From positions 1,192,362-1,256,361 of the forward strand of contig NMRA01000007.1 of NCBI GenBank assembly GCA_002633005.1: a DNA stretch of 64,000 nucleotides, in the 5' to 3' direction. Positions 39,101 to 49,000 of this stretch are shown here, piece by piece. The first letter of the stretch is position 1. Each line of letters begins with the position of its first letter. The stretch comes from Phoronis australis. Taxonomy: Eukaryota; Animalia; Phoronida. A program made the translations under genes and the position numbers. The notes below the pieces were generated by a model that saw nothing but the letters and a program-made list of their open reading frames with translations, was not told the origin of the DNA and ran no database searches.

Positions 39101-39872
39101 TATGTTGTCAAGTGAGGTCAACTTGGAGTACGTTTACATTCCAAACGAGATTCGGAGGTAAGTTGCTGTCTTGTTGTATATTTCGTTGATTAATTATTTG
39201 TTTATATTGACTGCAACTACATATTTTTGAAGTAAATGTCAAGAGTGTTGAATCAAAATGGAGCATTTTGTACATCAAAATATTTATCCTTGATCCCAAG
39301 TGAACATACTTTTTAAGATTTATTCCTAGACTTTTTTGTATATCTAGTATGAGTTACATACTAGACTTACAAATAAAACTTGGAGGAGGATTAAAAGAGT
39401 ATTCTACTTACATTAAATTAGCTACAAAGAGGCGTTCTGTGCAAGAAACTCACGTTTGCTCTAGATCACTTGTCGCGCGCTATGAAATTGGTCTCAACTC
39501 AATCTTTACTCAGATGTTTGAACTGTATGTACAGTAAACATTTTAATTTCGGATGAAAGTTATTGTTGAAATTAGCATTTTCCTATCTCAAAAGCATACT
39601 TTGTCATTCACCAAAAGTCAATTAGTGACACAGGTCTTCAGTATAAGGCGACCTTATTAAAGGTAACTTCCTTAATATTGGAGAAATTTGATGCACAGTG
39701 AAATCCCATTTTTTCCTGTCAAAATGTGCCCTGAGAAAAATTTTAGCCATTGTATTTGTAAATATGGTGTTCGTTAATACAGAGTCCCTAATTATTCTCA
39801 TGTTTCTCATGATTATCTCGATGTTTATGTCTTATTGTAAGGTATGACAGTAAGCTATACGCCCACTCGTAG
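9160..39872 (+). CDS. PRUNE2: Prune homolog with C-terminal BCH domain (PRUNE2/BMCC1-like architecture; DHH exopolyphosphatase/phosphodiesterase + acidic disordered linker + BNIP2/CRAL-TRIO domain), 16 coding exons, about 1562 aa
   Basis: join(9160-9195,18669-18773,22187-22467,24740-24849,25815-25970,26650-26744,26970-27128,28239-28383,29074-31763,32295-32382,33074-33286,34699-34960,37318-37449,38119-38205,39059-39157,39842-39872). All intron phases are compatible; total 4689 nt. Prune motifs [38 protein letters not shown]; BCH motifs [37 protein letters not shown]. Confidence 0.9.
11734..13612 (-). mobile_element. Third copy of the Harbinger-like MITE, split by an insertion of about 1.35 kb
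   Basis: 11734-11950 matches the reverse complement of 4320-4550; 13300-13612 matches the reverse complement of 4090-4320. Confidence 0.7.
12877..12977. mobile_element. Short CAG...-ended MITE with 5-bp TSD (hAT5-like)
   Basis: CAGGGGCAGAT...ATCCGCCACGG flanked by ACATC on both sides. Confidence 0.6.
16841..17332. mobile_element. hAT-type MITE
   Basis: TIRs CAGGCCTTTATGCAG / CTGGATAAAGGCCTG; 8-bp TSD GTTGGAAG/GTTGGAAA; subterminal GGACRCCC repeats. Confidence 0.8.
18669..18773 (+). CDS. PRUNE2: Prune exon 2 (DHH motif I)
   Basis: TTTTCAG acceptor, [41 protein letters not shown] donor. Confidence 0.93.
20339..20921. mobile_element. Putative Kolobok-like MITE (TTAA-type target)
   Basis: TTAA-GGTAGATAG at left, CAGTCTACC-CTAA at right. 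Confidence 0.4.
22187..22467 (+). CDS. PRUNE2: Prune exon 3 (LVDHN and IDHH motifs)
   Basis: Pyrimidine tract + TAG, ...[13 protein letters not shown]...[15 protein letters not shown] donor (phase 2). Confidence 0.93.
22490..24110 (-). mobile_element. Decayed L1/Tx1-type LINE 3' part in Prune intron 3
   Basis: Frameshifted minus-strand peptides [60 protein letters not shown]; AATAAA/A-rich tail near 22500. Confidence 0.7.
23312..23481. repeat. Perfect 34-bp tandem repeat x5
   Basis: Unit CACGTGAAAACGTTATACTTTTGAATGTTAATGT starting at 23312, 23346, 23380, 23414, 23448. Confidence 0.97.
24355..24725. repeat. Degenerate minisatellite, 60-75 bp unit, about 5 copies
   Basis: Recurring AGCTGTT..TAGTCATAC..CAGTCTGTGGAC..TTACAGCAAATT blocks. 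Confidence 0.7.
24740..24849 (+). CDS. PRUNE2: Prune exon 4
   Basis: [17 protein letters not shown]...LAQLLY; CAG acceptor, GTGAGT donor. Confidence 0.92.
25262..25480 (-). mobile_element. Decayed tRNA-derived SINE
   Basis: Eroded tRNA-like head on - near 25420-25478 plus a CGGGATGCT..CCCA body resembling invertebrate SINE2 cores; recognised by eye only. Confidence 0.4.
25815..25970 (+). CDS. PRUNE2: Prune exon 5 (ends at a GC donor)
   Basis: [21 protein letters not shown]...LQKAKFNLS; donor CAG|GCACGT needed for phase. Confidence 0.88.
26650..26744 (+). CDS. PRUNE2: Prune exon 6 (DHHA2 start)
   Basis: [32 protein letters not shown]; TTTTTCAG acceptor, GTGAGA donor. Confidence 0.88.
26970..27128 (+). 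CDS. PRUNE2: Prune exon 7
   Basis: [16 protein letters not shown]...[17 protein letters not shown]; TAG acceptor, GTGAGT donor. Confidence 0.87.
27353..27645. mobile_element. Fold-back MITE: arms of about 138 bp, 17-nt spacer
   Basis: 27353-27490 is a near-perfect reverse complement of 27508-27645. Confidence 0.9.
28239..28383 (+). CDS. PRUNE2: Prune exon 8 (end of DHHA2); frame stays open to a stop at 28625
   Basis: [15 protein letters not shown]...[19 protein letters not shown]; donor A|GTAAGC is phase 1 and matches exon 9. Confidence 0.87.
28653..28658 (+). promoter_or_regulatory. Candidate internal polyadenylation signal for a short Prune isoform
   Basis: AATAAA 27 nt after the stop (28625) of the extended exon 8 frame. 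Confidence 0.5.
29074..31763 (+). CDS. PRUNE2: Prune exon 9, 2.7-kb acidic Ser/Glu/Asp-rich disordered linker
   Basis: 912-aa ORF in the track; TTTTAG acceptor phase 1; AAG|GTTAGC donor phase 0. Confidence 0.88.
31862..31933 (-). mobile_element. tRNA-derived SINE head / pseudo-tRNA
   Basis: On -: A-box TGGCTCAGTGG, D-arm and anticodon arm with CGT; degenerate T-arm/B-box. Confidence 0.55.
32295..32382 (+). CDS. PRUNE2: Prune exon 10
   Basis: [29 protein letters not shown]; TTTCAG acceptor; G|GTTAGT donor bridges phase 0 to phase 1. Confidence 0.7.
32705..32774. repeat. 19-bp tandem repeat x3.7 (GAAGTCGTGAAATTTTTCA)
   Basis: Read directly from the sequence. Confidence 0.95.
33074..33286 (+). 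CDS. PRUNE2: Prune exon 11 (BNIP2-family N-terminal region)
   Basis: [26 protein letters not shown]...IDDMKTPDD resembles the BNIP2/caytaxin upstream segment. Confidence 0.8.
34699..34960 (+). CDS. PRUNE2: Prune exon 12 (BCH domain)
   Basis: IPEYSAADE...[31 protein letters not shown]...[11 protein letters not shown]...YVMDQLF; GTGAGT donor. Confidence 0.93.
34985..35086. repeat. 17-bp tandem repeat x6 (GGGTGCTCTCACTGCCT)
   Basis: Read directly; begins 24 nt after the exon 12 donor. Confidence 0.97.
35964..37172. repeat. 604-bp direct duplication around an N (probable assembly overlap)
   Basis: 35964-36567 and 36569-37172 are identical except for the two substitutions I noticed; the N at 36568 sits exactly at the junction. 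Confidence 0.9.
37318..37449 (+). CDS. PRUNE2: Prune exon 13 (BCH; ends at a GC donor)
   Basis: [43 protein letters not shown]; donor AAG|GCGAGT. Confidence 0.92.
37857..38015. mobile_element. Small palindromic MITE
   Basis: Imperfect inverted arms of about 55 bp (TATGAGCTGAGCTGCCTGCCT / AGGCAGACAGCTGAGCTCATA). Confidence 0.7.
38119..38205 (+). CDS. PRUNE2: Prune exon 14 (BCH)
   Basis: [30 protein letters not shown]; phase 2 at both ends. Confidence 0.92.
38700..38950. mobile_element. Dispersed MITE family with TCCTTACTCA...TGAGTAAGGAA inverted ends (related pieces near 24135, 27690-27840, 39485, 61420-61505)
   Basis: Shared GTCTCAAC/TTCCTTACTCAG and CCAGAAATC...TGAGTAAGGAA words. Confidence 0.6.
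39059..39157 (+). CDS. PRUNE2: Prune exon 15 (BCH)
   Basis: [32 protein letters not shown]; TTTTTCAG acceptor, GTAAGT donor. Confidence 0.9.
39842..39872 (+). CDS. PRUNE2: Prune exon 16, last coding exon ([10 protein letters not shown]-stop)
   Basis: AAG acceptor in phase 2 gives the YD expected after IPxxI in BCH domains; TAG stop. Confidence 0.72.
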
Positions 39873-40171
39873 ACGCGTCAGGTAAAGATCTTTCTTTAGC
39901 CAGGTGATCTGTTCTTGTTTAGTTTTAGAGCTGAACTTGTCCGTCTGCTTTCCACGTCTTCTGCTCCTGACATTGGTAGAAAAAGACACTAATATGCTTG
40001 TATTTAACTTTCTGTTTCAGAACACCCTAATCAGAACTGACATAGTGTTCACACGTCAATTACTTTGAAACCTACATTCAAAGTTGCCGAAATAATCTAA
40101 TGCAGTGTCCCTGTCAAAATCTGAAATTTCTTGCAGAAGTTTAATTTTCTGTCCACTTTGTGTTGTTTGAC

Positions 40172-40650
40172 TTTAAGGTTATGTACGGTCCTAGAAACAT
40201 GTCCAAATATGGCTAACTGTGGAACGTATATCTCAGAAATGGCTAACTGGATTCCTATAAAACTTTCAGGCAGTATGTTTCCACACTGTTCTACAAAACG
40301 CTGGTGGGAAATTTTTTAAAATGTTCCACTTTTGCATGAGATTCTATCAAAAAATAAGTCTTGTGATTTTTATGAAAAAATTTTAAAAGTTAACGAAAAT
40401 GAGATGATAATTTAGATAACTAACAGAGCTTTTGAATCTTGAACATTTATGCTAAAGAAACTTGGTCTGTACACGTTATTCGGTAGTATTGTTTTGCTAT
40501 TATTGTACCTTTCTGTTTCCCTAAATTTTACTAAAAAGGCAGTCACTTGACCCAATTATTGACCGATTGTTGTAAAATCTAATTTTACAAGCTTTCTACT
40601 TTTAGAGACTTTTACGGAATTAAATCTACAGTTTTGTTTACATTTGGCTC
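40172..40650 (+). mobile_element. Dispersed repeat inside the putative Prune 3'UTR; homologous to 13630-13810 (+) and 59117-59460 (-)
   Basis: Shared AAATTTTACTAAAAAG...TGACCCAATT and GATAATTTAGA..TCTTGAACATTT blocks; TTAAGGT start. Confidence 0.6.
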
Positions 40651-43600
40651 AATACACACATCCTATATAACCTTGATGACTGATAATGCTCGTTGAAACA
40701 CAGCACAAAAGCATCGCAGCTCGTGTCCTCGTGGTGTTGCCTTCAACTGTCTGTGATTCTGCTAAATGTTTTGGATACAAAACTAGGTTATATTTTTGTA
40801 TTTCGGCACTATACATAAACTTCAGTACTGCACGAAACTGCCTTGCTTAAAAAGTGAGTTGTGCTATGTAGTGCTAATTTTTCCAAATTACTGGTACTGG
40901 TTGCATCCTCTAATCTCTTTCGCTTTTTCTTCTTTACACAGTACACCTTGTTCTGTAATGTTACACTTGCTGTTACACGATCAAGAAGTGGAAAACAAAG
41001 AGCATATTTGGTTAATATCAAAACGTCGTTTTCATGCGTCATTTGTGTTTTCCACTTTTTGCTTCTAATTTGGACAAAAACTAAACTTATTGCTTCAGGA
41101 CGAGTTATATTCCTCATTGTGTACACGAGCATTCTCATGGACAGTGTACTTTTCTCATTAACACAATTCTTTTCTTCCAAACTGCAGTTCCTTTCTCATG
41201 AACCACATTTTTTTCTTATGAACGGCATTCTTTTCTGGTAAACACAAAATTACAACTGTTTCGAAGAAAGGAATAGTTTCGATAAGAAAAGCTAAGGTTT
41301 GTGAGAAAAGGCCTGCACTGGATAGAAAAGTATGTTGTTAAATGTGAACTTCTGTGCTCACTTTGAGGCAGGAAGGTTGTCTACTGCGTATTAAATATAA
41401 GAAGCTGCAGAATTTCTTAAATACAAAACGTCTTAATCAAAATTTACGTAGTGCTCAGTTTCCTGATACTCACAGGGCCTGTGGGAAACAGTGCGTCCCT
41501 GCTTGGGTGTGGTTTTATTGTTTTAGTGCGGAAGGTCACTTACTTCACAAAATATTTAAGTCCAGCTGCACAGGTCAATAAGACTGCAGTTATAGAACAC
41601 GGTCATTTATTTGACCGTAGTAAGATCAAGTGAGTTTAGGATATGGTTGTGTCAACCGTTGGTATCAGAAGCAACTTGAAAGACATAGTATTGTTCGCAT
41701 GTTTTGGAGGCACAAAAATGTGAAACGTCAACCAAAAAAGTAATTTGAGACGGTGTAATTTGTCATAAGTACTGTCTTTTAGCTCTATCCATGAAATGGT
41801 ATAGTCATGCATGACAAGAAGTGTCAAGTCACATTATTTCAAAGGTTAGGTTATTTCTTCAGACAGATGCAAGACAAAACTTAGTTTTGAATACTACATT
41901 AGTCTTGCTTGTTGTGCGAGTGGGTTATGTGCTCGCGAAGTGACCTGTGGCGGGTCGCATGAAACAGTCCCAAATAGAGACTCGACTAAGTTCCCTAAAT
42001 CTACTGCGTGAAACCATTGATTGTCTTTTCTTATGCTGTTTTAGTCTCATTACTAAGTCAATTTTTGGCTTTGATACAAATCGAGAGTGAACTCGACGTT
42101 GAATTCTCAATATTATCGAAAATCTATAGGGCTGGGATCTTTTCATGCAATGCTCCTAACTTAAGGACTAAGTCCCTATTTGTTTTCATTGAACTCAGGG
42201 CTCACTTTTTACTTATTTTATTAGAAAATAATGTCTTTAAATTAGTTAAAGAGGAGCTCATAGTCAAGATGAAATGATAGAAAAAGATTATTCTGTGAGT
42301 AAACAAAGATGCAAATAGGTAAAAGATTTAGGGAACTTCGTTGAGTCCCTGTTTGAGACTGTTTCATGCAACCTAGCACTGAACCCTTTCTACCATTTGA
42401 GAGATATCATTGAAAATGAGAAAATGTTTTGTGTTTTGTGCGTTTTTCTGTTAGCTGGTTGAGTCAGTACAATAAGTGAATATTTTGGAAATGGAATTGT
42501 GTTATTTTCAATGTTTATTTTCAGAATTGAAGAAGATGTCAAGAAGTAATAGATATCTCGTCTCTGGCTGGCTGCTGTATTCAAGAGGCCTCTCTGTTAT
42601 TAATTGCTGATAATGTATGATAAAACAAATGGCAATTGTTTGATATAATGTGCTGGCATTTTGAGAATCAGTTTTCTCCACTGAATAATGGGTATCAAAC
42701 TGGTTCTCAAAATGCAGGCCCGTTTCATCTGACTATTGCCAAACAAACACCCATGGTTCACTATTTCTGCTCAGCACTGGGGAGATGGGCTTACTAATAG
42801 CACTTTGATGAGAATGTTTTGCTGAAAATGATGATATTTTAGAACAGAATGCCACATTTTATGATTAAAGACAGACTTTAAGTTGCTTATTGTGAAAACA
42901 CCAAATTCAGCCATTCTTTTAGAGTATTAGGCTTGGTAAAATGACATAGTCTCTGCTTAAAGAAGAATATGATACGCATATTGTAAAGAGATTTAACTGA
43001 ATTGGCCTGTTGTAGGCTATTGTCATTTATCCTTCTGAAATGTAAGAAACAGTTCTTAAGTGGCCACTATGAACTTTTAAAGCGAGCTTGTCTGTTTTAT
43101 TAAGTGAGCTGTGGCCTATATCTTTGGTCATGATCATGTGGAAATTTACTTCTTTCTGTGGTTTGAACTGGAATGCATTTTATGATATGTCTCTTCCTTG
43201 TACTGATGTGATACAAAGTGATATAAGGGATATGTACTGGTCTACTGATATTATGTTTTATATCAAATTCAACATCGGTATACAGGTTATGATATGGGGA
43301 GTGACATCAAAATTAAATTTGTTATAAACATATGCAGTGTTAATGATAAATTATTTGAATTTGTAAGTTATTTCTTAATGAGGGTGCTTTGCTCAAGTAC
43401 ATTTTATCCAAGCAGTGCTTGAACGAGTAACACTCGCATTTTCTGTTGAGATTAAAGGCTTGAATTAAGATATGTTTGTGTGTGTGTGATACTTGTGACT
43501 AACTGCATACATTGCCCATGCATGTCAAGGGATGTTATGGTTCTCTTTTCTGGATTGGCCGGATCACAAATATTTCGTAGATTTGCAGATATTCATTGCC

Positions 43601-44672
43601 TTTATGCTGCATGTGACATTTTGTATAACATTTGAGAATATTGCTTGGAATATCATATGGAAGACATGCTACTAACGTGGAAGACTGGTATACTCGCAGA
43701 TCCAGGATTTTGTTGAGGGAATCCAACTAGGGACAAACGTAGTGGCTGCTTGTGATTTCCCCATTACAAGAATATAAGTGACCGAGCAAGGGGGTCTTGA
43801 CCTCCTGAACTGTCCTCTGGGTGCACATCTGCAGTAACATTATTTCTAAATTGATATATATATTAAATAATGATCGGTTGTGAAATGGTTAGTTGGTTCT
43901 CATACCTAATGACAAAAGGAAAACATTTGTCTTGTGTGAATCTTTGTTTAGTAAATGCAAACTGGAAACATTCTATGTACAACTATTTAGCATGGCAAGA
44001 GCATGAAAGCGTTTTTTTTTTTTTTTTTTTTGCTTAACTCAATTTCTAATTCCGGAGTGCTGTACGGGCCGTGTTGACGGAGATGAAACATAGGTTGTTT
44101 CATTCACGCACATTTTGAGACATTGATTTTGTGACATTGGATTCTTTTTCGTAAGTTGTTTTTTAATGTCCCACTACGCAACAGGAATTATTTGCAGTAA
44201 GATGGTCAGCCTTCAAAACAACAAATATTTTGCAATTTTTATCCAAATGAATATTAGTATAGTTTTGAACTCCACAGGCCCGATTACCACTTCTAAGCTA
44301 TGTAGATAGTGGATACAAAAGTGATATAGTAAGAAATTGGGAAATTGTGCACTGTAATTGCCTAATTATGTAACGTTGGGATTTTAACAGTACTGTTGTT
44401 GTTGCTTTTGTAATATGCCAATTGTTAATTAGCAATGGATTTCCGGGTGAGGCTTTGAGGGAAATGTCTTGTGTATTCTTGTTTGAATCTGAAGATGCTG
44501 AAAATGAATTCCAATTTGGTAAAATGTGATTTGAAGTTAAAAGTAATAGTGTTGGAGGTTAATTATACGGTTTTATGGTATTAAAATGCTATTGTTGATT
44601 ATTAAATATTTTACAAATTGTTCGTTAGATATTTGTAAAGGTACTTGTTACCAATTTTGCTGCAGATACTCC

Positions 44673-44678
44673 AATAAA
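44673..44678 (+). promoter_or_regulatory. Candidate poly(A) signal of the long Prune transcript
   Basis: AATAAA at the end of a long T/G-skewed UTR-like tract starting near 40021; base skew flips just after it. Confidence 0.5.
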
Positions 44679-44702
44679 ACTTGTTTAAAGACCACAAAAT
44701 GT

Positions 44703-44708
44703 TTTATT
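44703..44708 (-). promoter_or_regulatory. Candidate poly(A) signal of ARMT1
   Basis: TTTATT on + (AATAAA on -), about 580 nt past the ARMT1 stop. Confidence 0.5.
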
Positions 44709-45284
44709 TCTCCCAGTTTCTCAGCCTGAATTCTTAGAGCAATTCAGATGTTTACAAATACATTGATGTAACATCCACACGATTGCGACTGTGTCTGGTC
44801 AGAGAATTTCAGTTGACCATCATATTTATGGACCAAAAACAATTTAGAAGCACTAACATTCCAAACCAATATACTCCAGAGCCCGTGACTACACCAAATT
44901 GTATCCCAGACTTAACTACAAAATCGACCAAGACAAAGATTACTTTGTGCTGAGCAATTGGTCAATATCTTGGGGACTCTAGGCATTTGTCATTTAATTT
45001 ACTACTGTTCACTCGCACATCTCTAACAGTTTCTAATAACTTCTCTCGACAAAATCCAAAGGTTTTGAGAAAGTCACTACCCAAGCAGTAGCCCTCGTGT
45101 TCTTTAATAGACTCCGGCTCAATATTGATGACTACTACTTGTACCAACCAGTAGAAACAAATGTTCCAGAATTCACTCGAGTTCTTTGTTGTAACGGGAG
45201 GTTAAAAGGATTTTGTCATAATCGAAGTATCACAGTAGTATCACACCTGAGAACTTATAACTGAAAACCCCAAATATGTCTAAA

Positions 45285-46049
45285 TTAATCCCGCCTTCCA
45301 CAAAACTGAATAACACCGTATTTGCCAGAAATCATCCAATCGGCATCTTGCTCTTCAGTCGCTTTATCTTGTCCAGGTTCAAGACCCACTACAACGTCTG
45401 CTTTTAATGTTCGGAATGAACAGACGGGTGCCGGATGGAAACCCTGCAGTGCCACCTCATATGACGTAGTGTGATCCCACATGCGATCTGCCACCAGTTT
45501 ACGGTAGTTTAAGTCGCCCTTGAAATATACAAGGTCAGATTTAGCCAATTCGTTGTACAAATCTGGTGCATACATCTTCATTTGACTGTAGTCTAAAGGT
45601 GAAGTCCAGAATAAATGCTCCGAAGACCTCAGTGACCCCGATTCGAATCGCTCACTCCATTTTTGTCCAAGTTTCGACATATAAATACTATTGGATGCCA
45701 GGAATGTCTGCAAAACCCACGTCAAGTCATGAGGGACAACATCGGAAACAAACCAGGGCATTGCTTTAGGATGAAAGACAATCTCATTGACTAATCCGGC
45801 ATCCAGTAAGAACTCGGCAAAACATAAGTCACTGATGACCTCGAATCCTGCGTTATCCAGCACAATGTCCACTCGTACATTTCCTGGTTTGTTCTGGTTG
45901 GCCGTTTTCAGGCACTCGAGGACTTGGTCTGTGTGGTTAACCAATATGAATGGATTGAACTGATCCAACTGGTCAAGGGGGTTAACCTCATCGCTACACT
46001 GTACACCAGCCGAAATGGACAGGTCAAACTTGTTCCCCCACAAACACAG
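45285..46049 (-). CDS. ARMT1: ARMT1 exon 6 (catalytic core)
   Basis: 257-aa ORF in the track; DNAG, FKGDLNYRK and RTLKAD motifs; TTTCAG acceptor. Confidence 0.95.
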   Translation of the reverse strand: MCLWGNKFDLSISAGVQCSDEVNPLDQLDQFNPFILVNHTDQVLECLKTANQNKPGNVRVDIVLDNAGFEVISDLCFAEFLLDAGLVNEIVFHPKAMPWFVSDVVPHDLTWVLQTFLASNSIYMSKLGQKWSERFESGSLRSSEHLFWTSPLDYSQMKMYAPDLYNELAKSDLVYFKGDLNYRKLVADRMWDHTTSYEVALQGFHPAPVCSFRTLKADVVVGLEPGQDKATEEQDADWMISGKYGVIQFCGRRD

Positions 46050-49000
46050 CTGAAACAAAATAATTCTAATAGTTGACGACTCTAAAACTTCGGCATTTTA
46101 AAACACGGTATAAAAAATAAACTAAGATCTCAACAATTTCTGACAACGACAATCATTGCGGAATTTGCTCTTTGTTAGTTTTTCAACAGTTTCTAGCATT
46201 GCTGTGAATGTAAACTTCAAAATGACAGTGGCTAAGGCACAGAGTTTGAAAATGGTTAAGTTTTACTTTGGTAACTCTTAAACGTTGTGAGACACAAAAA
46301 AGTTACTCATTTGACCTTTTGACCCAATTTCAAATTCTGGTGTGTATGATGGGCGGAGTAGAGAGGCACAAAACACAATTTCTTTCATTCACAGACATTT
46401 TGCGACATTGTACATTTTTGTGTTAGTTTCTAGAATATCCCATGGCAAAGCAGAAGTAATATGAGGACATGATGATTGCAAAGAATTTATTGAAAATATC
46501 CCCATTCAAGAATGCTGAACGCTTTTGACCAACAACTCAATTGCCATCTAGCGACAAAATACATTCCACTATGTCGCCACTATATCGGAAAATGGCTATT
46601 AAGTGAGATTTATTCCCAAAATTAGATTTTTTGCTACTTATTATTCATGAAAAAATAAAAGATCACTTGTGCGCCACAATATGCCCTATGTATGCTGGGC
46701 TCCATTTAAATGATAAAAATATTGAGAAAAGATCCCTTTTGGAACCAAAGAAACTGTACCTTGCATAGAATGTGCACAGCCGTTTCGTCCATATCTCACG
46801 GACTTGTTTCACCACCGGGTGCGCCCTCTGACGGTGCAGAATAAAACAAAGACCCAGGACTTGACCTACCTGCGGTACATTTAGGTTTGTTGTGGGATTC
46901 CTCACGACACAAGCGAATTCTACAACGTCAGAGGGCGCACCCAGTGGTGAAACAAGTCCGTGAGATATAGACGAAACGGCTGTACACATTCTATGCAAAG
47001 TACAATTTCTTTAGTTCCAAGAGGATCTTTTCTCAATATTGTTATGCCCTAAATAAGTGACATTTTACTATAATTATGTTATCCATAAACATTTTGAGAA
47101 CAACAATGTTAATTAGAATAAATAAAGGTTATTGAATGGTTCTGGCATTATTAAACGTATTATGAGGAACAAGATGGTTCTTAGAAAAAATATCACTTGA
47201 GGGCAAAGCCGAGTGACATTTTTTCTAAAAACTAGATAGAGTTCCTCATAATACATAAATAACCCCACAACCATTCAGTAATTATCCCTCATTTTTCTGT
47301 GATATAACACTTCCTGCCTGGTAAAAACCTTCAGATTCTTCATGTTGATGCATTGCTATAAGCTCAGCTAACTTTCACTCGTGGCAGCAAGAACAGCTCA
47401 TTTCTCTCCATCAGCTATGTCCAAGTATGATCCTAACTCAATCACAACTACATGCCACTGGTGAACAGCCAATTTCAAAGGCCAGCTGCTATGATAACGT
47501 AAGAGGTGTCAGAGAGGCAGTTCGGGTTGAGGCCAAGAATCCCTCCTTGAATAGACATGAGGGGTCAGGTTTAAGTTGTCTGACTCATGATACAGGGCCT
47601 TGCTGTTGTCTAAGAAAACCAGAAGAGGGCGACGAAGTTTTTGTGTGAACCAGTCAGTCATCAATCCCCAGTAGAAGAAGCCAGGCGGCTTCGCAATATC
47701 GGAAAAAAATTATTTTACAGTAAAAGTTTCAGAAGTTGTGAAAAAAATTTTTTCGCATTTGCATGGTGTAAGAACAAAAGTCCAAGCATTTAATGCAAGC
47801 CAGTCATTAAGAACGGACTCGAAATAAATGCCTTTCTTGACCATTTTGAAAGCCTTGTCATGTAGTACATGACTACTTAACAGAACACAAAGTATCACCT
47901 ACCTCAATCATTTGTTCAAACAAGTGCTTGTATTCACCAATGTCTTTTCCTTTAATCTGATCCAGTACTTTACACAGATACCCAGTCAGAGCTAGAATGG
48001 CTTCCTGAGCTGACATAAAGCCACTCTCCTTCAACTCGCGAAACGGGTCATAACTTCTGAGGAAAACGCTGTAAGCAAAATAAAAATAAAATATTTATCA
48101 GCAGTCATTGCAACACGTAGGTAAAATAATTTTGTTGCCAACAGATGGCGTGCTGACAAGACCTAAATGTTTTTAACATATTTTCTATGTCATATTGAGA
48201 TTGACTTATACAATTTTGATATAGCCATTGGAAATGCATAATGCTTTGAACTACTGGTATTTTAATCATGACAGTGCTGTTTGGTTCAGACAATATAGCA
48301 CCACGAAATAAACATTGCAACAGCTGATGGTTGTATTCACATTTGCCCAGGTTGGCAAAACAAACAATGAAATTCAAGAAATAATCTTCACCATTTCATT
48401 ACAGACGTAATTAGAAATATACAACAATTACTACATCAACTAATACTTATGATGCCCCACTGCAAGCTTGAACAGTCGATAACTATTGAGTAACAACCCT
48501 TATAGTTATTTCTTGTGAGAGAGAACGGTTTAGCAAAAAAATGTGGTGGCCAAGCTACATTGTTTTATGGAAAACACTCGCCTGTGTAGTTTGATTCGCT
48601 GGACTACAGAGGGATGACCAACGAAAGCAGAACATTTTCATTTCATTTTTCAAAAAGGGGATAAATAGATTATTACATGCCCACGGCAACTACGTCCCTT
48701 ACCTGGACCCCTAGTGGGAGTTGGAGGAATTATCAGCCTCAGGGCTAGAGCCTCTAGGGTGGTAATTCCTCCAAATCTTACTCGGGTCTAGACACTGGAA
48801 TAACAGTCTGGTCATGTATATTTAATGCAAATAGAAACAAGGTTAAGAAAGTATGTCAAATACGCATGCCAATCACAGCTAAAGGTGCTTTAAACTTGCA
48901 TTCTGACAAAAAAATTTTTGATTTAAACCAATTGTTGCTATAAAACTGAACCCAACGTGTTTCTTATTCAGATTGGAAACCATTTCTGAGGCTTGGGGTG

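Noticed and set aside
46770-46985. Hammerhead-like GTCC-GTGAGATAT-GGAC-GAAAC in the fold-back arms
   Set aside because: Stem II and GAAA are present, but the essential CUGANGA box is replaced by GAAACAA.
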